From: Candidatus Wolframiiraptor allenii
GTDB lineage: Archaea > Thermoproteota > Nitrososphaeria_A > Caldarchaeales > Wolframiiraptoraceae
DNA length: 59,083 bases
Direction: 5' to 3'
NCBI GenBank assembly: GCA_023539495.1
Contig: JAKCEV010000001.1
Coordinates: 1 to 59,083 of the forward strand
Shown: piece after piece, positions 17,141 to 25,738 of the stretch
Layout of the letters: every line of letters begins with the position of its first letter
How positions within the stretch are numbered: the first letter of the stretch is position 1
Translations under genes and position numbers: made by a program
The notes under the pieces: generated by a model
Seen by the model: only the letters and a program-made list of their open reading frames with translations
Database searches by the model: none
What the model was told of the DNA's origin: nothing

Positions 17141-18154
17141 CTAATCTAATTTCCCCCTCTTGAGAGTTTCGAGCAATCTCTTTTCGACCTTGACTAGGTC
17201 ACTTGATCCTAGTACCTCCTTGAGCCTATTCATCATGATCATCCCGGATAACTTTTCCTCGGCGAACTCCCTCGCGAACTCGCCGCTCCAGATCTCCTCA
17301 GCCTCGCTCTCAACAATATCCCTAATCATCTCATAGTATCTCCGTATCCTAGTTAGCTGGCCATACTGGCTTGTCCTAGAATGATGCTTCAACTGCTCTA
17401 TCAGTCCCTCTTCGGCCATGGCCTTAGCTTGCTCAGCCAGCTCGCCCGACGCATAGAGCTCCAGTATCGCGGCCTCCGGCGATGCTCCGTAAACCTTGGT
17501 AGCAACCTCAAAATACGCCATAATTGAGGCTATCAAAAGCGGAATGTAAGTATGCTCACTCAACAGATCGAGAAAAGCTTCCTCCTCAAATGATGATTTG
17601 AGGGCGATTCCGCCGGGGAGCCCTATGGCCCCGATTCCTCTCGAGATCGCTAGGGCATAATCCCACGCCTTACCAGATACATTCTGCGCGACGCCAATCA
17701 GGACAGGATATCCAAGCCCCTGCTTGTGCCTCTCGAGAATCCCCCAGGCAAACATCCGGGGAGCAACCATTATCACATCGGTATTTGCCGCTGGCTTGAT
17801 TAAGCCATACGTTATATTATAGCCACTCGCGAAGTCTAGTATGAAGAACTTCTTCTTCCTAATCTCCTCATCCATCTTGCCGTAATATACGTCCGGCGCA
17901 ACTTCATCAGGGACCAGTAGGAGGGCGGCATCAGCCCTTCTAACAGCCTCACTTATCTCATATACCTTGAACCCATCCTTCTCAGCCCTCTTCCAATACT
18001 CATCCATCCTATTACCGACTATAACCTCTAAGCCATTCTCCCTAAGGATCCTAGCCTGAACACTTCCTTGATTGCCATAACCGATGACGGCTATCGTTAA
18101 GTCCCTGAGAATACTCAAATCCCCGTCGAAAAAGAGCTCCGCCAACCCACTCAC
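17141..18154 (-). CDS. ilvC: Ketol-acid reductoisomerase-like oxidoreductase (divergent paralogue)
   Basis: Rossmann IAVIGYGNQGSVQARILRENGLEVIVG and KARI-type C-terminal knotted domain. The DLFGEQ block is replaced by DLLSEH. Confidence 0.75.
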   Translation of the reverse strand: MSGLAELFFDGDLSILRDLTIAVIGYGNQGSVQARILRENGLEVIVGNRMDEYWKRAEKDGFKVYEISEAVRRADAALLLVPDEVAPDVYYGKMDEEIRKKKFFILDFASGYNITYGLIKPAANTDVIMVAPRMFAWGILERHKQGLGYPVLIGVAQNVSGKAWDYALAISRGIGAIGLPGGIALKSSFEEEAFLDLLSEHTYIPLLIASIMAYFEVATKVYGASPEAAILELYASGELAEQAKAMAEEGLIEQLKHHSRTSQYGQLTRIRRYYEMIRDIVESEAEEIWSGEFAREFAEEKLSGMIMMNRLKEVLGSSDLVKVEKRLLETLKRGKLD

Positions 18155-18155
18155 C

Positions 18156-19163
18156 TCAGATCATCTTAACCATGCTTAACGGCCTAACATTAATGACCTC
18201 CGGATTCAAAAGGTTTTCGGGCACCTCACCCTTTAGAACCTTGACTATGCCCATAGCCGTGAGCTCAGCCATCTTATTTCTAGTATCGTGCGAAGCACTC
18301 CCGATATGAGGTGTGACGACGACATTCTCAAGCCTTAGCAGTGGGTCGTTAGGGTCTATCGGCTCCTTCTCAAAGACATCAAGCCCAGCGCCGGCGATCC
18401 ATCCCTCCTTCAAAGCCCTGAAAAGCGCCTTTTGATCAACAACCGGGCCGCGGGACGTATTCACTAAAATAGCAGTTCTCTTCATGAGCCTCAACTCCTT
18501 CTCGCCAATGAGCCCCCTAGTCTCCGGAGTCAATGGAACATGTATCGACACGTAATCTGATTCCATTAAAAGCCTCTCGAGCGGCGCATACTCCACGCCA
18601 AGCTCTTTCTCGAGAGCTTCCCTCCGAACGACGTCATAGTATAGGATCCTCATGTTGAAGCCCTTGGCCCTTCTCGCTACCGCCTGCCCAATCCTGCCAA
18701 GGCCAATTATCCCGAGAACCTTGCCATAAACATCGTGTCCTAGCATCATGGTGGGCGCGAATGGTATCTTCCACTCACCCTTCCTCACATAAGAATCCGC
18801 CTCGACAATCCTTCTAGCAACCGCTAACAGAAGCGCCCAAGTATGATCCGCCACGGTCTCAGTCAAGACCCCAGGAGTATAGACAATGTATATCCCCTTC
18901 TTCGTGGCATATTCAACATCGATATGATCTACGCCAACACTCATTGTTCCAACAACCTTGAGACTCTTAGCCCTATCTATCAGCTCCTTATCAATGGTCT
19001 CGTTCAACGTGCAATAGACCGCATTAACATCCTCGACAGCCTTGAGGAGCTCATCCCTAGCCGGTGGTGGGAGCTCATCCCTATACACGACCTCGCAGTG
19101 CTCCCTTAGTATCTTCAGCCCTATCTCCGGAATCCTTCGAGTAACATACACCTTCGGCTTCAT
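18156..19163 (-). CDS. gyaR: D-2-hydroxyacid dehydrogenase / glyoxylate reductase
   Basis: MKPKVYVTRRIPE start. NAD-binding GIIGLGRIGQAVARR. Catalytic R/E/H context (TPHIGSAS). The track's N-terminal extension overlaps the upstream gene and was trimmed to the ATG at 19163. Confidence 0.85.
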   Translation of the reverse strand: MKPKVYVTRRIPEIGLKILREHCEVVYRDELPPPARDELLKAVEDVNAVYCTLNETIDKELIDRAKSLKVVGTMSVGVDHIDVEYATKKGIYIVYTPGVLTETVADHTWALLLAVARRIVEADSYVRKGEWKIPFAPTMMLGHDVYGKVLGIIGLGRIGQAVARRAKGFNMRILYYDVVRREALEKELGVEYAPLERLLMESDYVSIHVPLTPETRGLIGEKELRLMKRTAILVNTSRGPVVDQKALFRALKEGWIAGAGLDVFEKEPIDPNDPLLRLENVVVTPHIGSASHDTRNKMAELTAMGIVKVLKGEVPENLLNPEVINVRPLSMVKMI

Positions 19164-19197
19164 TGGAAGCACTTCCAATAATGCGCAAATATAAGCG

Positions 19198-20016
19198 TTA
19201 ATACCATAGAGCCAGTATCTCGCCAAGCAGCTCCTTACTCGAGGCAGCGACCACGCCATATCTCCTAGTATCCAGCAGCGATGGGTCCTCATCCCCGAGA
19301 ATCTTGTAGGCCCCTCCAGCCCACCTCAATAAACATACTGACGCAGCAAAATCCATGATCTTGAGATCCTTAGCGAAGCAGGCATACGCGTCAGCCTTCC
19401 CCTCCAAGATATGCGCTATCTCTAGGCTTGCCGCGGCGAAGAACCTCGTATTCTTCGCCTTCCTGACCAATTTAAGGCTCAACTCCGTCGGATTATAAGA
19501 GTCCTCAATATCCTTCATCAAACTTGCCAAATCCAAGAATACAAATGCGTTTGAGAGATTATTCCTTCTAAGCTTTAGATGACCGCCAATAATGCTGACC
19601 CCATTCTCATCACCTAGGTAAATCTTTCCCGAAGAATGATCTATTATCCCGGCTGCGAGAGCACCTGATAAATATGGGCTTTTAGATATCAGGATTACGG
19701 ACGCACAAAACATGACCCCATTAGCAACATTATTAGACCCATCAACTGGATCTATTAACACGTAAAGCTCCGGATTATTGCATCTAATCTCCCCAGTTTC
19801 CTCAGAAATTATATAGGCCTTCTCATCAAAAGCCCTCCTCACATAGTCTATGATAGCTTTCTCAGTTACTAGATCAAATTGATGAGAATAGTCCCCGAAG
19901 CTCCCCTTGCCCTCCACTCCAGTCAACCCCTTTCTCATGCATTCTACCAAGGCTTCATGTCCTTTCAGGAGGGCGTCACGAATAATGTTCCTAAGACTAT
20001 TTCTAGGGTTAATCAT
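19198..20016 (-). CDS. suhB: Inositol monophosphatase / fructose-1,6-bisphosphatase family protein
   Basis: Metal-binding motifs ISEETG and IDPVDGSNN. Confidence 0.85.
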   Translation of the reverse strand: MINPRNSLRNIIRDALLKGHEALVECMRKGLTGVEGKGSFGDYSHQFDLVTEKAIIDYVRRAFDEKAYIISEETGEIRCNNPELYVLIDPVDGSNNVANGVMFCASVILISKSPYLSGALAAGIIDHSSGKIYLGDENGVSIIGGHLKLRRNNLSNAFVFLDLASLMKDIEDSYNPTELSLKLVRKAKNTRFFAAASLEIAHILEGKADAYACFAKDLKIMDFAASVCLLRWAGGAYKILGDEDPSLLDTRRYGVVAASSKELLGEILALWY

Positions 20017-21188
20017 GCATAAGCCCCCTTGAAAGCACTTCTAACCATGCGCTCAACATCCTCTCTGTTTGGAGGGACTATGCAGCTCTCGATATTCCTC
20101 CTATATGATAGTCCCTCATCAACCAGCTTCTCAAGCTCAGTTTCTGGGACTCCTATCTCACATAGGCTCGAGGGTAATCCGGCATAACGGTGCAACTCAT
20201 CCAGTTTCTGCAAAATCATTCTTGCGCATGCATATGGATCATCTGATGCCATTCCAAGCTTGCTACAGAGCATAGTCAATTTCCCAGGCATTTTCTCCAG
20301 CGAGTATTCTATGAGTTGGGGTAAGAAGAGGGCATTAGCCAGGCCGTGCGGGACATTATATTTTTCAGTCAAGTAGTATCCAAGCCCATGAACCACTACT
20401 GCTCCCGAGAAGTTTATTGCTAAACCCGCGACCATGCTGGCGTAAAGCAGCTTCTCTCTTCTATCGAGATCCCCATCATAGGCTTGCATGAAGTTTTCAA
20501 GAATAGTCCTCATTGCCTCAGCCGAGAACATTTGAGTCAATTCATTTGATCTAACATGGAAATATGATTCAATAGCATGCGATAGGGCGTCGAACGCGGT
20601 GTGAGCGAGAACCTCCTTTGGAAGGTATCTAAGAACCTCCGCATCCAGCATCGCAGCGATTGGTACTAGGCCGTTGCCCAAGACCACGTCCTTCCTACAT
20701 CCATGGCTTATAACCGCGTATTTTGTCACCTCGCTTCCGGTTCCGCAGGTGGTTGGAATAGCTATTATCGGCAGGGTGGAGTGTTTTACCTCAACAGGAT
20801 AAAAGTAGTTGGTGATGCTTCCACCCCCGGTTGCCACTACAGCTATCCCCTTAGCGGTATCTAGGGCACTTCCTCCTCCAAATCCTACTAGGAAATCTAT
20901 TCCATGCTCGGCCGCAATCCTTCCGCCATCATCGATGATGCCTGCCGATGGGTTCGGCTCAACCCTATCAAAAATTATGACCTTACTTACGCCAGCGGAT
21001 TCAAGAAGTCCTCTGAGCTTATCCAAGTAACCCGAGCTTCTCGCAAACTTCCTACCGGTAACAAGCATGCAGCTACCGCCCAATCCCAGCTCCGAGATTA
21101 TGTCAGGGAGCTTTTCGACCCCGCCACGCTCAAAAAGAAGCAGTCTCGGAAGCGCTCCAAGAAAACCCATATTCGAATCTAACTGCAA
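20013..21188 (-). CDS. Iron-containing (type III) alcohol dehydrogenase
   Basis: GFGGGSALDTAKG glycine-rich NAD motif and His-rich metal site (HAIESYF, VVHGLGY). Confidence 0.85.
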   Translation of the reverse strand: MQLDSNMGFLGALPRLLLFERGGVEKLPDIISELGLGGSCMLVTGRKFARSSGYLDKLRGLLESAGVSKVIIFDRVEPNPSAGIIDDGGRIAAEHGIDFLVGFGGGSALDTAKGIAVVATGGGSITNYFYPVEVKHSTLPIIAIPTTCGTGSEVTKYAVISHGCRKDVVLGNGLVPIAAMLDAEVLRYLPKEVLAHTAFDALSHAIESYFHVRSNELTQMFSAEAMRTILENFMQAYDGDLDRREKLLYASMVAGLAINFSGAVVVHGLGYYLTEKYNVPHGLANALFLPQLIEYSLEKMPGKLTMLCSKLGMASDDPYACARMILQKLDELHRYAGLPSSLCEIGVPETELEKLVDEGLSYRRNIESCIVPPNREDVERMVRSAFKGAYA

Positions 21189-22102
21189 GGGCTAGTACAT
21201 CCGCTATTTCTACATTTTTCACGAGCTGAATACTTCAGGACCATATCGCCCACTTTGACTCCTAGGGCCTCGGCGATGACGGGACACTTGACGATTAGCA
21301 TGAAGAAACCGCGCTTATCCTCGAAGATCTCGAAATTAGCTTGGCCCTTAAAAATCACGAGATCATAATGGTTTATCCAGCTCTCAACCTCACGGCTCTT
21401 AAAGCTAGGGGCGCTTCCATGCCCATTACCGACAAGCATTATAGACGCATTCTGGATCTCGGTTAGCCCGATCTCCTCAGCATCCTCCAGTGTGGCATCA
21501 TTTACTAGCGGGGCCTCCTTAACAACCAGCCCAACCTTATCGAAAAACCTTCCCCTAACATCAATCATAGTCTCGATGAGAAGCTTATCGAACACGATCT
21601 CACCAGCATTGTCGAGGAAGTAGAGTAAGGATCTCGATTCCATTACGCTCCTCCTGAAAGCTGGAAAATCATTTACCGCGAGATCATCGGAGATCTTCTT
21701 GAAGGGTTGATCGAGATCAACCTCAGCATATGGCCCGAAATCTATGATGTTACCGGCTATAGCAAGCTTCACAGCGGCCTCTAATGGATCGGCTGCATTC
21801 CTAATCCTCGCCCTAAGCTCCCCATAACGCCTTATGATAGCCAGGTTACTCTTCCTCTTAATCTCCCGATATGGGTCCTTGACGCCAGTTATATCCGCGA
21901 TAACACGCTGGATTACGTAGGATAGGTCAAGAGGTGCCTCCTCCCAAGTAACCTCACTTAACCGGCTAGCGATCTCTTGGGCTGTCAGGCGCTGAAGCCC
22001 CAAGTCGCCTGTGGCGATCTTAACCATCCTAATGCCCGTCGAGAATGTACAGGGGAGGCACTCTGGCCTGATCCTGAGCATCCCGCCTCTACCTCTTTCC
22101 AC
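21179..22102 (-). CDS. DUF89 (ARMT1-like) metal-dependent phosphatase family protein
   Basis: N-terminal CLPC, DNAGEIVFD and KGQANFE blocks typical of DUF89. Confidence 0.7.
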   Translation of the reverse strand: MERGRGGMLRIRPECLPCTFSTGIRMVKIATGDLGLQRLTAQEIASRLSEVTWEEAPLDLSYVIQRVIADITGVKDPYREIKRKSNLAIIRRYGELRARIRNAADPLEAAVKLAIAGNIIDFGPYAEVDLDQPFKKISDDLAVNDFPAFRRSVMESRSLLYFLDNAGEIVFDKLLIETMIDVRGRFFDKVGLVVKEAPLVNDATLEDAEEIGLTEIQNASIMLVGNGHGSAPSFKSREVESWINHYDLVIFKGQANFEIFEDKRGFFMLIVKCPVIAEALGVKVGDMVLKYSAREKCRNSGCTSPCS

Positions 22103-22403
22103 CCGACTTTTTCCTCAGCTCCCTCTCAGCCCTCTCATAAAGCCTTGGCCAAGCCTTAGCAATCTCCCTCTCAACAACCTTGGCTAAGAACTCGCTTATA
22201 CTAAACCTAGGCACAGCGCTCTTCCAATAATTCAAGACACAGCTAGCAACAGGCGAGTAAAACGCCAGCCTAGGCTGGCTTAAAGCCCTCCTAACAGCCT
22301 CCTTGAAAAGCTTCTCATCAACCTTCTCAGCTCTCCCCGAACGCCTCTTCCCCCCACCTCCCTCGCTTACACCCTCATCGCCACCTTTACTACTCCGGGT
22401 CAT
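22089..22403 (-). CDS. Small basic protein of unknown function, first gene of the minus-strand operon
   Basis: 104-aa ORF overlapping the DUF89 start. No recognisable motif. Confidence 0.4.
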   Translation of the reverse strand: MTRSSKGGDEGVSEGGGGKRRSGRAEKVDEKLFKEAVRRALSQPRLAFYSPVASCVLNYWKSAVPRFSISEFLAKVVEREIAKAWPRLYERAERELRKKSGGKR

Positions 22404-22413
22404 GTGATTAACC

Positions 22414-22427
22414 GTTAAACGTTTAAC
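22414..22427. promoter_or_regulatory. Perfect 14-bp palindrome GTTAAACGTTTAAC between a TATA-like tract and the ATG at 22403 (candidate operator)
   Basis: Read directly. On the minus strand aaatttttat lies just upstream, so the palindrome sits over the expected transcription start. Confidence 0.5.
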
Positions 22428-22506
22428 ATAAAAATTTTACCTTAAAACGATACTAATCCCGACTTATAGTGCAATCCCATAAATACGGGATTATTAATGG
22501 ACGAAC

Positions 22507-22534
22507 TAATTCCATTCAAACGGGATTAACGTTG
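22507..22534 (+). repeat. Dyad-containing ~28-nt repeat, copy 1 (taattccattcaaacgggattaacgttg)
   Basis: Aligns as a direct repeat with 22653-22680 (shared AAACGG core, ATTxACGTTG tail). Confidence 0.7.
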
Positions 22535-22652
22535 TAAAAGAGCCCAGAAACCCCCCTTAATCCCTTCCACCCTTATAAAATCAAGGGAGGCTCGAACTAG
22601 CTAAGCCTAGAGAATTGTTTCAAATCGGGTGGGGTGTCGTACGCTTGGAACA

Positions 22653-22680
22653 TTAATCCCGTTTAAACGGAATTACGTTG
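22653..22680 (+). repeat. Dyad-containing ~28-nt repeat, copy 2 (ttaatcccgtttaaacggaattacgttg)
   Basis: Contains the perfect 12-bp palindrome ccgtttaaacgg (22659-22670). Confidence 0.7.
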
Positions 22681-22734
22681 CTTTGCCATACTATTTTGTA
22701 AATTATTCTAGTTTAATGATGTTTACCGTTTATG

Positions 22735-22768
22735 GTTAAAGGTTTTTCTTAAACAGTAAACCTTTAAC
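22735..22768. repeat. 11-bp inverted repeat gttaaaggttt / aaacctttaac with a 12-nt spacer
   Basis: Arms at 22735-22745 and 22758-22768, read directly. Confidence 0.8.
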
Positions 22769-22835
22769 ATCTAATAATCCTCTTCGTGGAAGCGGGCCGC
22801 GCATGTGGGAGGCTGTGGTTTGAGAGGGTTTTGAA

Positions 22836-22896
22836 GGGGCCTGTTGGGGTTTTTGGCTTGGGGGCGTTTGGGGTAGTTTGTGAGGGGTTTGTTGGG
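22836..22896 (+). repeat. G-tract array (six G3-5 runs separated by T-rich spacers), potential G-quadruplex
   Basis: ggggcctgttggggtttttggcttgggggcgtttggggtagtttgtgaggggtttgttggg. Confidence 0.7.
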
Positions 22897-22897
22897 C

Positions 22898-22908
22898 ATA
22901 ATATATTA
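22898..22908 (+). promoter_or_regulatory. TATA box of the EF-2 gene
   Basis: ataatatatta lies about 40-50 nt upstream of the ATG at 22947. Confidence 0.5.
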
Positions 22909-22946
22909 AGGAGTCTTTTGGGGGTGTGCGTTGGGAGAGGACGCTC

Positions 22947-25130
22947 ATGCCGAGGGTTAAGAGGATAAGTGAGGTGCTGGAGATCCTTAGGCAGAAGGAT
23001 TGCATCCGTAACATAGGTACTATTGCTCATGTTGACCATGGTAAGACTACGACTACGGATAGCCTGCTCGCTGCTGCTGGTCTTCTCTCGCCGACACTTG
23101 CGGGTAAGGCTCTTGCATTAGACTATTTGGAGGAGGAGCAGCAGAGGCAGATGACGATCAAGGCTGCTAACATATCCCTCTACTATGAGATGGATGGCAA
23201 GCCATATATCATCAACATGATCGATACCCCGGGTCACGTGGATTTCAGTGGTAGGGTTACACGGGCTCTCAGGGCGATTGATGGGGCGATAGTGGTAGTG
23301 GACGCTGTTGAGGGCGTTATGACCCAGACGGAGACCGTTGTCAGGCAGGCTCTCGAGGAGAGGGTTAGGCCGGTCCTCTACATAAACAAGGTTGATAGGC
23401 TGATCAAGGAGCTCAGGCTCACGCCGGAGAAGATCCAGGAGACTTTGGCTAGGATAGTGACAGAGGTGAATAGGCTCATCGAGATGTATGCGGAGCCGGA
23501 GTACCGGGATAAGTGGAAGGTTAGTTTCCAGAATGGGACTGTTGCAATCGGGAGCGCTAAGGATAGATGGGGCTTCACGGTGCCCCAGGCCCAGAAGAAG
23601 GGAATAAAATTCAGCGATGTCATGAAGGCCTTCCAGAATAATGATATTGCCTGGCTTCAGGAGAATGCGCCGCTCCATGAGGCAATACTCGAGATGGTCA
23701 TAAATCATCACCCGCCGCCGCATGTGGCGCAGAAGTATAGGATACCGAAGATCTGGAAGGGTGATATTGATAGCGAGGTTGGGCAGGCTATGCTGAACTG
23801 CGATGAGAACGGGCCGCCGGTTATGATAGTCACCGATGTCAAGGTCGATCCCCAGGCGGGTGTTGTTGCCACCGGGAGGCTCTTCAGCGGCACGGTCAAG
23901 GAGGGGGATATCATTAAGATAGTCGGCAGAAACATCTCAAAGAGGATTCAGCAGGTAACGGTCTACATGGGCCCGAACCGGGAAATTGTCGGAAGCCTGC
24001 CAGCCGGGAACATACCCGCCCTGCTCGGAATCGATGAGGCAAGGGCGGGAGATACGCTCTCCATAGTCGACATGGTTCCATTCGAGTCCCTGAAGTATGT
24101 TTCAGAACCTGTTGTCACGATCTCCGTCGAGCCAAAGAATAGCAGGGATCTGCCGAAGCTCGTGGACTTCTTGAACAAGCTCTCGATCGAGGATCCGACT
24201 CTGGTCACGACCGTGAGGCCGGAAACCGGTGAATACCTGATAAGCGGCATGGGGACGCTCCACCTTGAGATAGCCCTCACGTGGATAGCGAAGGCCGGGA
24301 TAGAGGTGGTCGCAAGCAAGCCAATAATACTATACAGGGAGACGGTCTCGAAGAAGGGCAAGATATTCGAGGGCAAGTCGCCCAACAAGCATAACAGGAT
24401 CTATCTCCAAGTCGAGCCCCTCGAGCCCGAGATAATCGAGCTCATCAGAAAAGGCGAGATCTTCGAGGAAATGGATCGGAAGCAGGTCGCGAAGATACTA
24501 AGGGACCATGGATGGGATGCTGACATGGCCCGGAATGTCTGGTGCATAGACCCGAGAGGCAATATCCTCGTTGACATGACAAAGGGAGTACAGTATCTTC
24601 ATGAATCGAAAGCCCTCATAATCGCCGGCTTCCAAGATGTTATGGAGCGGGGGCCGCTGGCCGAGGAGCCCATGAGGGGAATCAAGGCAATCCTAGTGAA
24701 TGCGGAGCTCCATGAGGACCCCGTTCACAGGGGGTATGCCCAGATAGTCCCAGCCACTAGGAGATCGCTCTACGCCAGCATTCTAAGCGCCGACCCAATC
24801 CTCCTAGAGCCCGTCTTGAAAATCGAGGTGAAGGTTACCTCAGACCTGCTTGGAGCCGTGACATCCGTCATAACAAGCAAGAGAGGCAGGATACTAAATG
24901 TCGCGCAGCAGGAGTACATAACCGTGGTAACGGGCGAGATACCCGCCGCCGAGACATTCGACCTGAGCGAGGTGATAAGAAGCGCGACCATGGGCAAGGC
25001 ATTCTGGGCGACCGAGTTCTATGCATGGAAGCCCGTCCCAGCATCCTTAAAGGACAAGGTAATCCAAGAGATCAGGAAGCGGAAGGGCTTGCCGCCGAAG
25101 ATACCGGAGATCTCGGACTTCGTCGAGTAG
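22947..25130 (+). CDS. fusA: Translation elongation factor 2 (aEF-2)
   Basis: MPRVKRISEVLEILRQKDCIRNIGTIAHVDHGKTT G1 motif, DTPGHVDF, NKVDR, diphthamide-region HEDPVHRG. The track's GTG start at 22926 was trimmed to the ATG at 22947. Confidence 0.95.
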   Translation: MPRVKRISEVLEILRQKDCIRNIGTIAHVDHGKTTTTDSLLAAAGLLSPTLAGKALALDYLEEEQQRQMTIKAANISLYYEMDGKPYIINMIDTPGHVDFSGRVTRALRAIDGAIVVVDAVEGVMTQTETVVRQALEERVRPVLYINKVDRLIKELRLTPEKIQETLARIVTEVNRLIEMYAEPEYRDKWKVSFQNGTVAIGSAKDRWGFTVPQAQKKGIKFSDVMKAFQNNDIAWLQENAPLHEAILEMVINHHPPPHVAQKYRIPKIWKGDIDSEVGQAMLNCDENGPPVMIVTDVKVDPQAGVVATGRLFSGTVKEGDIIKIVGRNISKRIQQVTVYMGPNREIVGSLPAGNIPALLGIDEARAGDTLSIVDMVPFESLKYVSEPVVTISVEPKNSRDLPKLVDFLNKLSIEDPTLVTTVRPETGEYLISGMGTLHLEIALTWIAKAGIEVVASKPIILYRETVSKKGKIFEGKSPNKHNRIYLQVEPLEPEIIELIRKGEIFEEMDRKQVAKILRDHGWDADMARNVWCIDPRGNILVDMTKGVQYLHESKALIIAGFQDVMERGPLAEEPMRGIKAILVNAELHEDPVHRGYAQIVPATRRSLYASILSADPILLEPVLKIEVKVTSDLLGAVTSVITSKRGRILNVAQQEYITVVTGEIPAAETFDLSEVIRSATMGKAFWATEFYAWKPVPASLKDKVIQEIRKRKGLPPKIPEISDFVE

Positions 25131-25198
25131 AGTTGCACTTTCACCCAACCCCCCAAAATATATCCTATGGCTGAGGTATATTCTCTTCTGGAGAAGGG

Positions 25199-25738
25199 GT
25201 GTCGGGGGGATCGCTCGGCAGTCGCGAGATCAGGCTTGTCTGCAGGCTTCAGCCCGGCAGCCGGGGGATAGACGGCATTCTAGAGGCATTAAAGGCCGCC
25301 AGCTACACCCTTGATGGGAACAATATTCTGAGGGGCTCACTTAGGGCCGAGCTTAGGGCTACCAGCCTCTCAGGGGATGAGGTGGTGATCCTTGTAAAGT
25401 CTGCGGAGCCCGATGAGTTTAGAAGCTTCTTAAATCTTCTCGTTAGGGAGTGCTGGTACGTGGATGTTTATTATCATTTGAGGGGTGGGGATATTAAGGC
25501 GGCTGCCGGGGACCTTGGCATACAGCTTCCGGAAGATGGCGTCTACAGGTCTAGGGTGAGGTTCTCCGGCGTGGAGCTTAAGGTTGATGCTTATCCGAAA
25601 CATGGCGCCCTCACAGTATCATATAGGGCTGGCTGGAGGGAGGTTAACTCCGGGGCCGCCCTGAGGATTCATGAGAAGATTCTCGGCATGGGGGGCGGGA
25701 GGGGGATTATTGGTAAGCTGTTGGGGTGGATTAGATGA
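25199..25738 (+). CDS. Crenactin-operon protein, arcadin-1-like by position
   Basis: 179-aa ORF overlapping the crenactin start by 4 nt. No motif recognised; assignment is by synteny only. Confidence 0.45.
   Translation: MSGGSLGSREIRLVCRLQPGSRGIDGILEALKAASYTLDGNNILRGSLRAELRATSLSGDEVVILVKSAEPDEFRSFLNLLVRECWYVDVYYHLRGGDIKAAAGDLGIQLPEDGVYRSRVRFSGVELKVDAYPKHGALTVSYRAGWREVNSGAALRIHEKILGMGGGRGIIGKLLGWIR

Noticed and set aside
19164-19292. N-terminal extension of the hydroxyacid dehydrogenase ORF (MRTHRCWILGDMAW...).
   Set aside because: It overlaps the 3' end of the IMPase gene. The canonical N-terminus MKPKVYVTRRIP begins at 19163.
22404-22790. Possible CRISPR array, because of the recurring TAATCCC/GTTTAAAC motifs.
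   Set aside because: The repeats are short, occur in both orientations and are irregularly spaced, with no constant repeat-spacer periodicity. No cas genes are present in the window.
22736-23039. Two Pro/Thr/Gln-rich minus-strand ORFs (92 and 91 aa) upstream of EF-2.
   Set aside because: They are the complement of the G/T-rich tract and run into the EF-2 coding region, so they are a compositional artefact.
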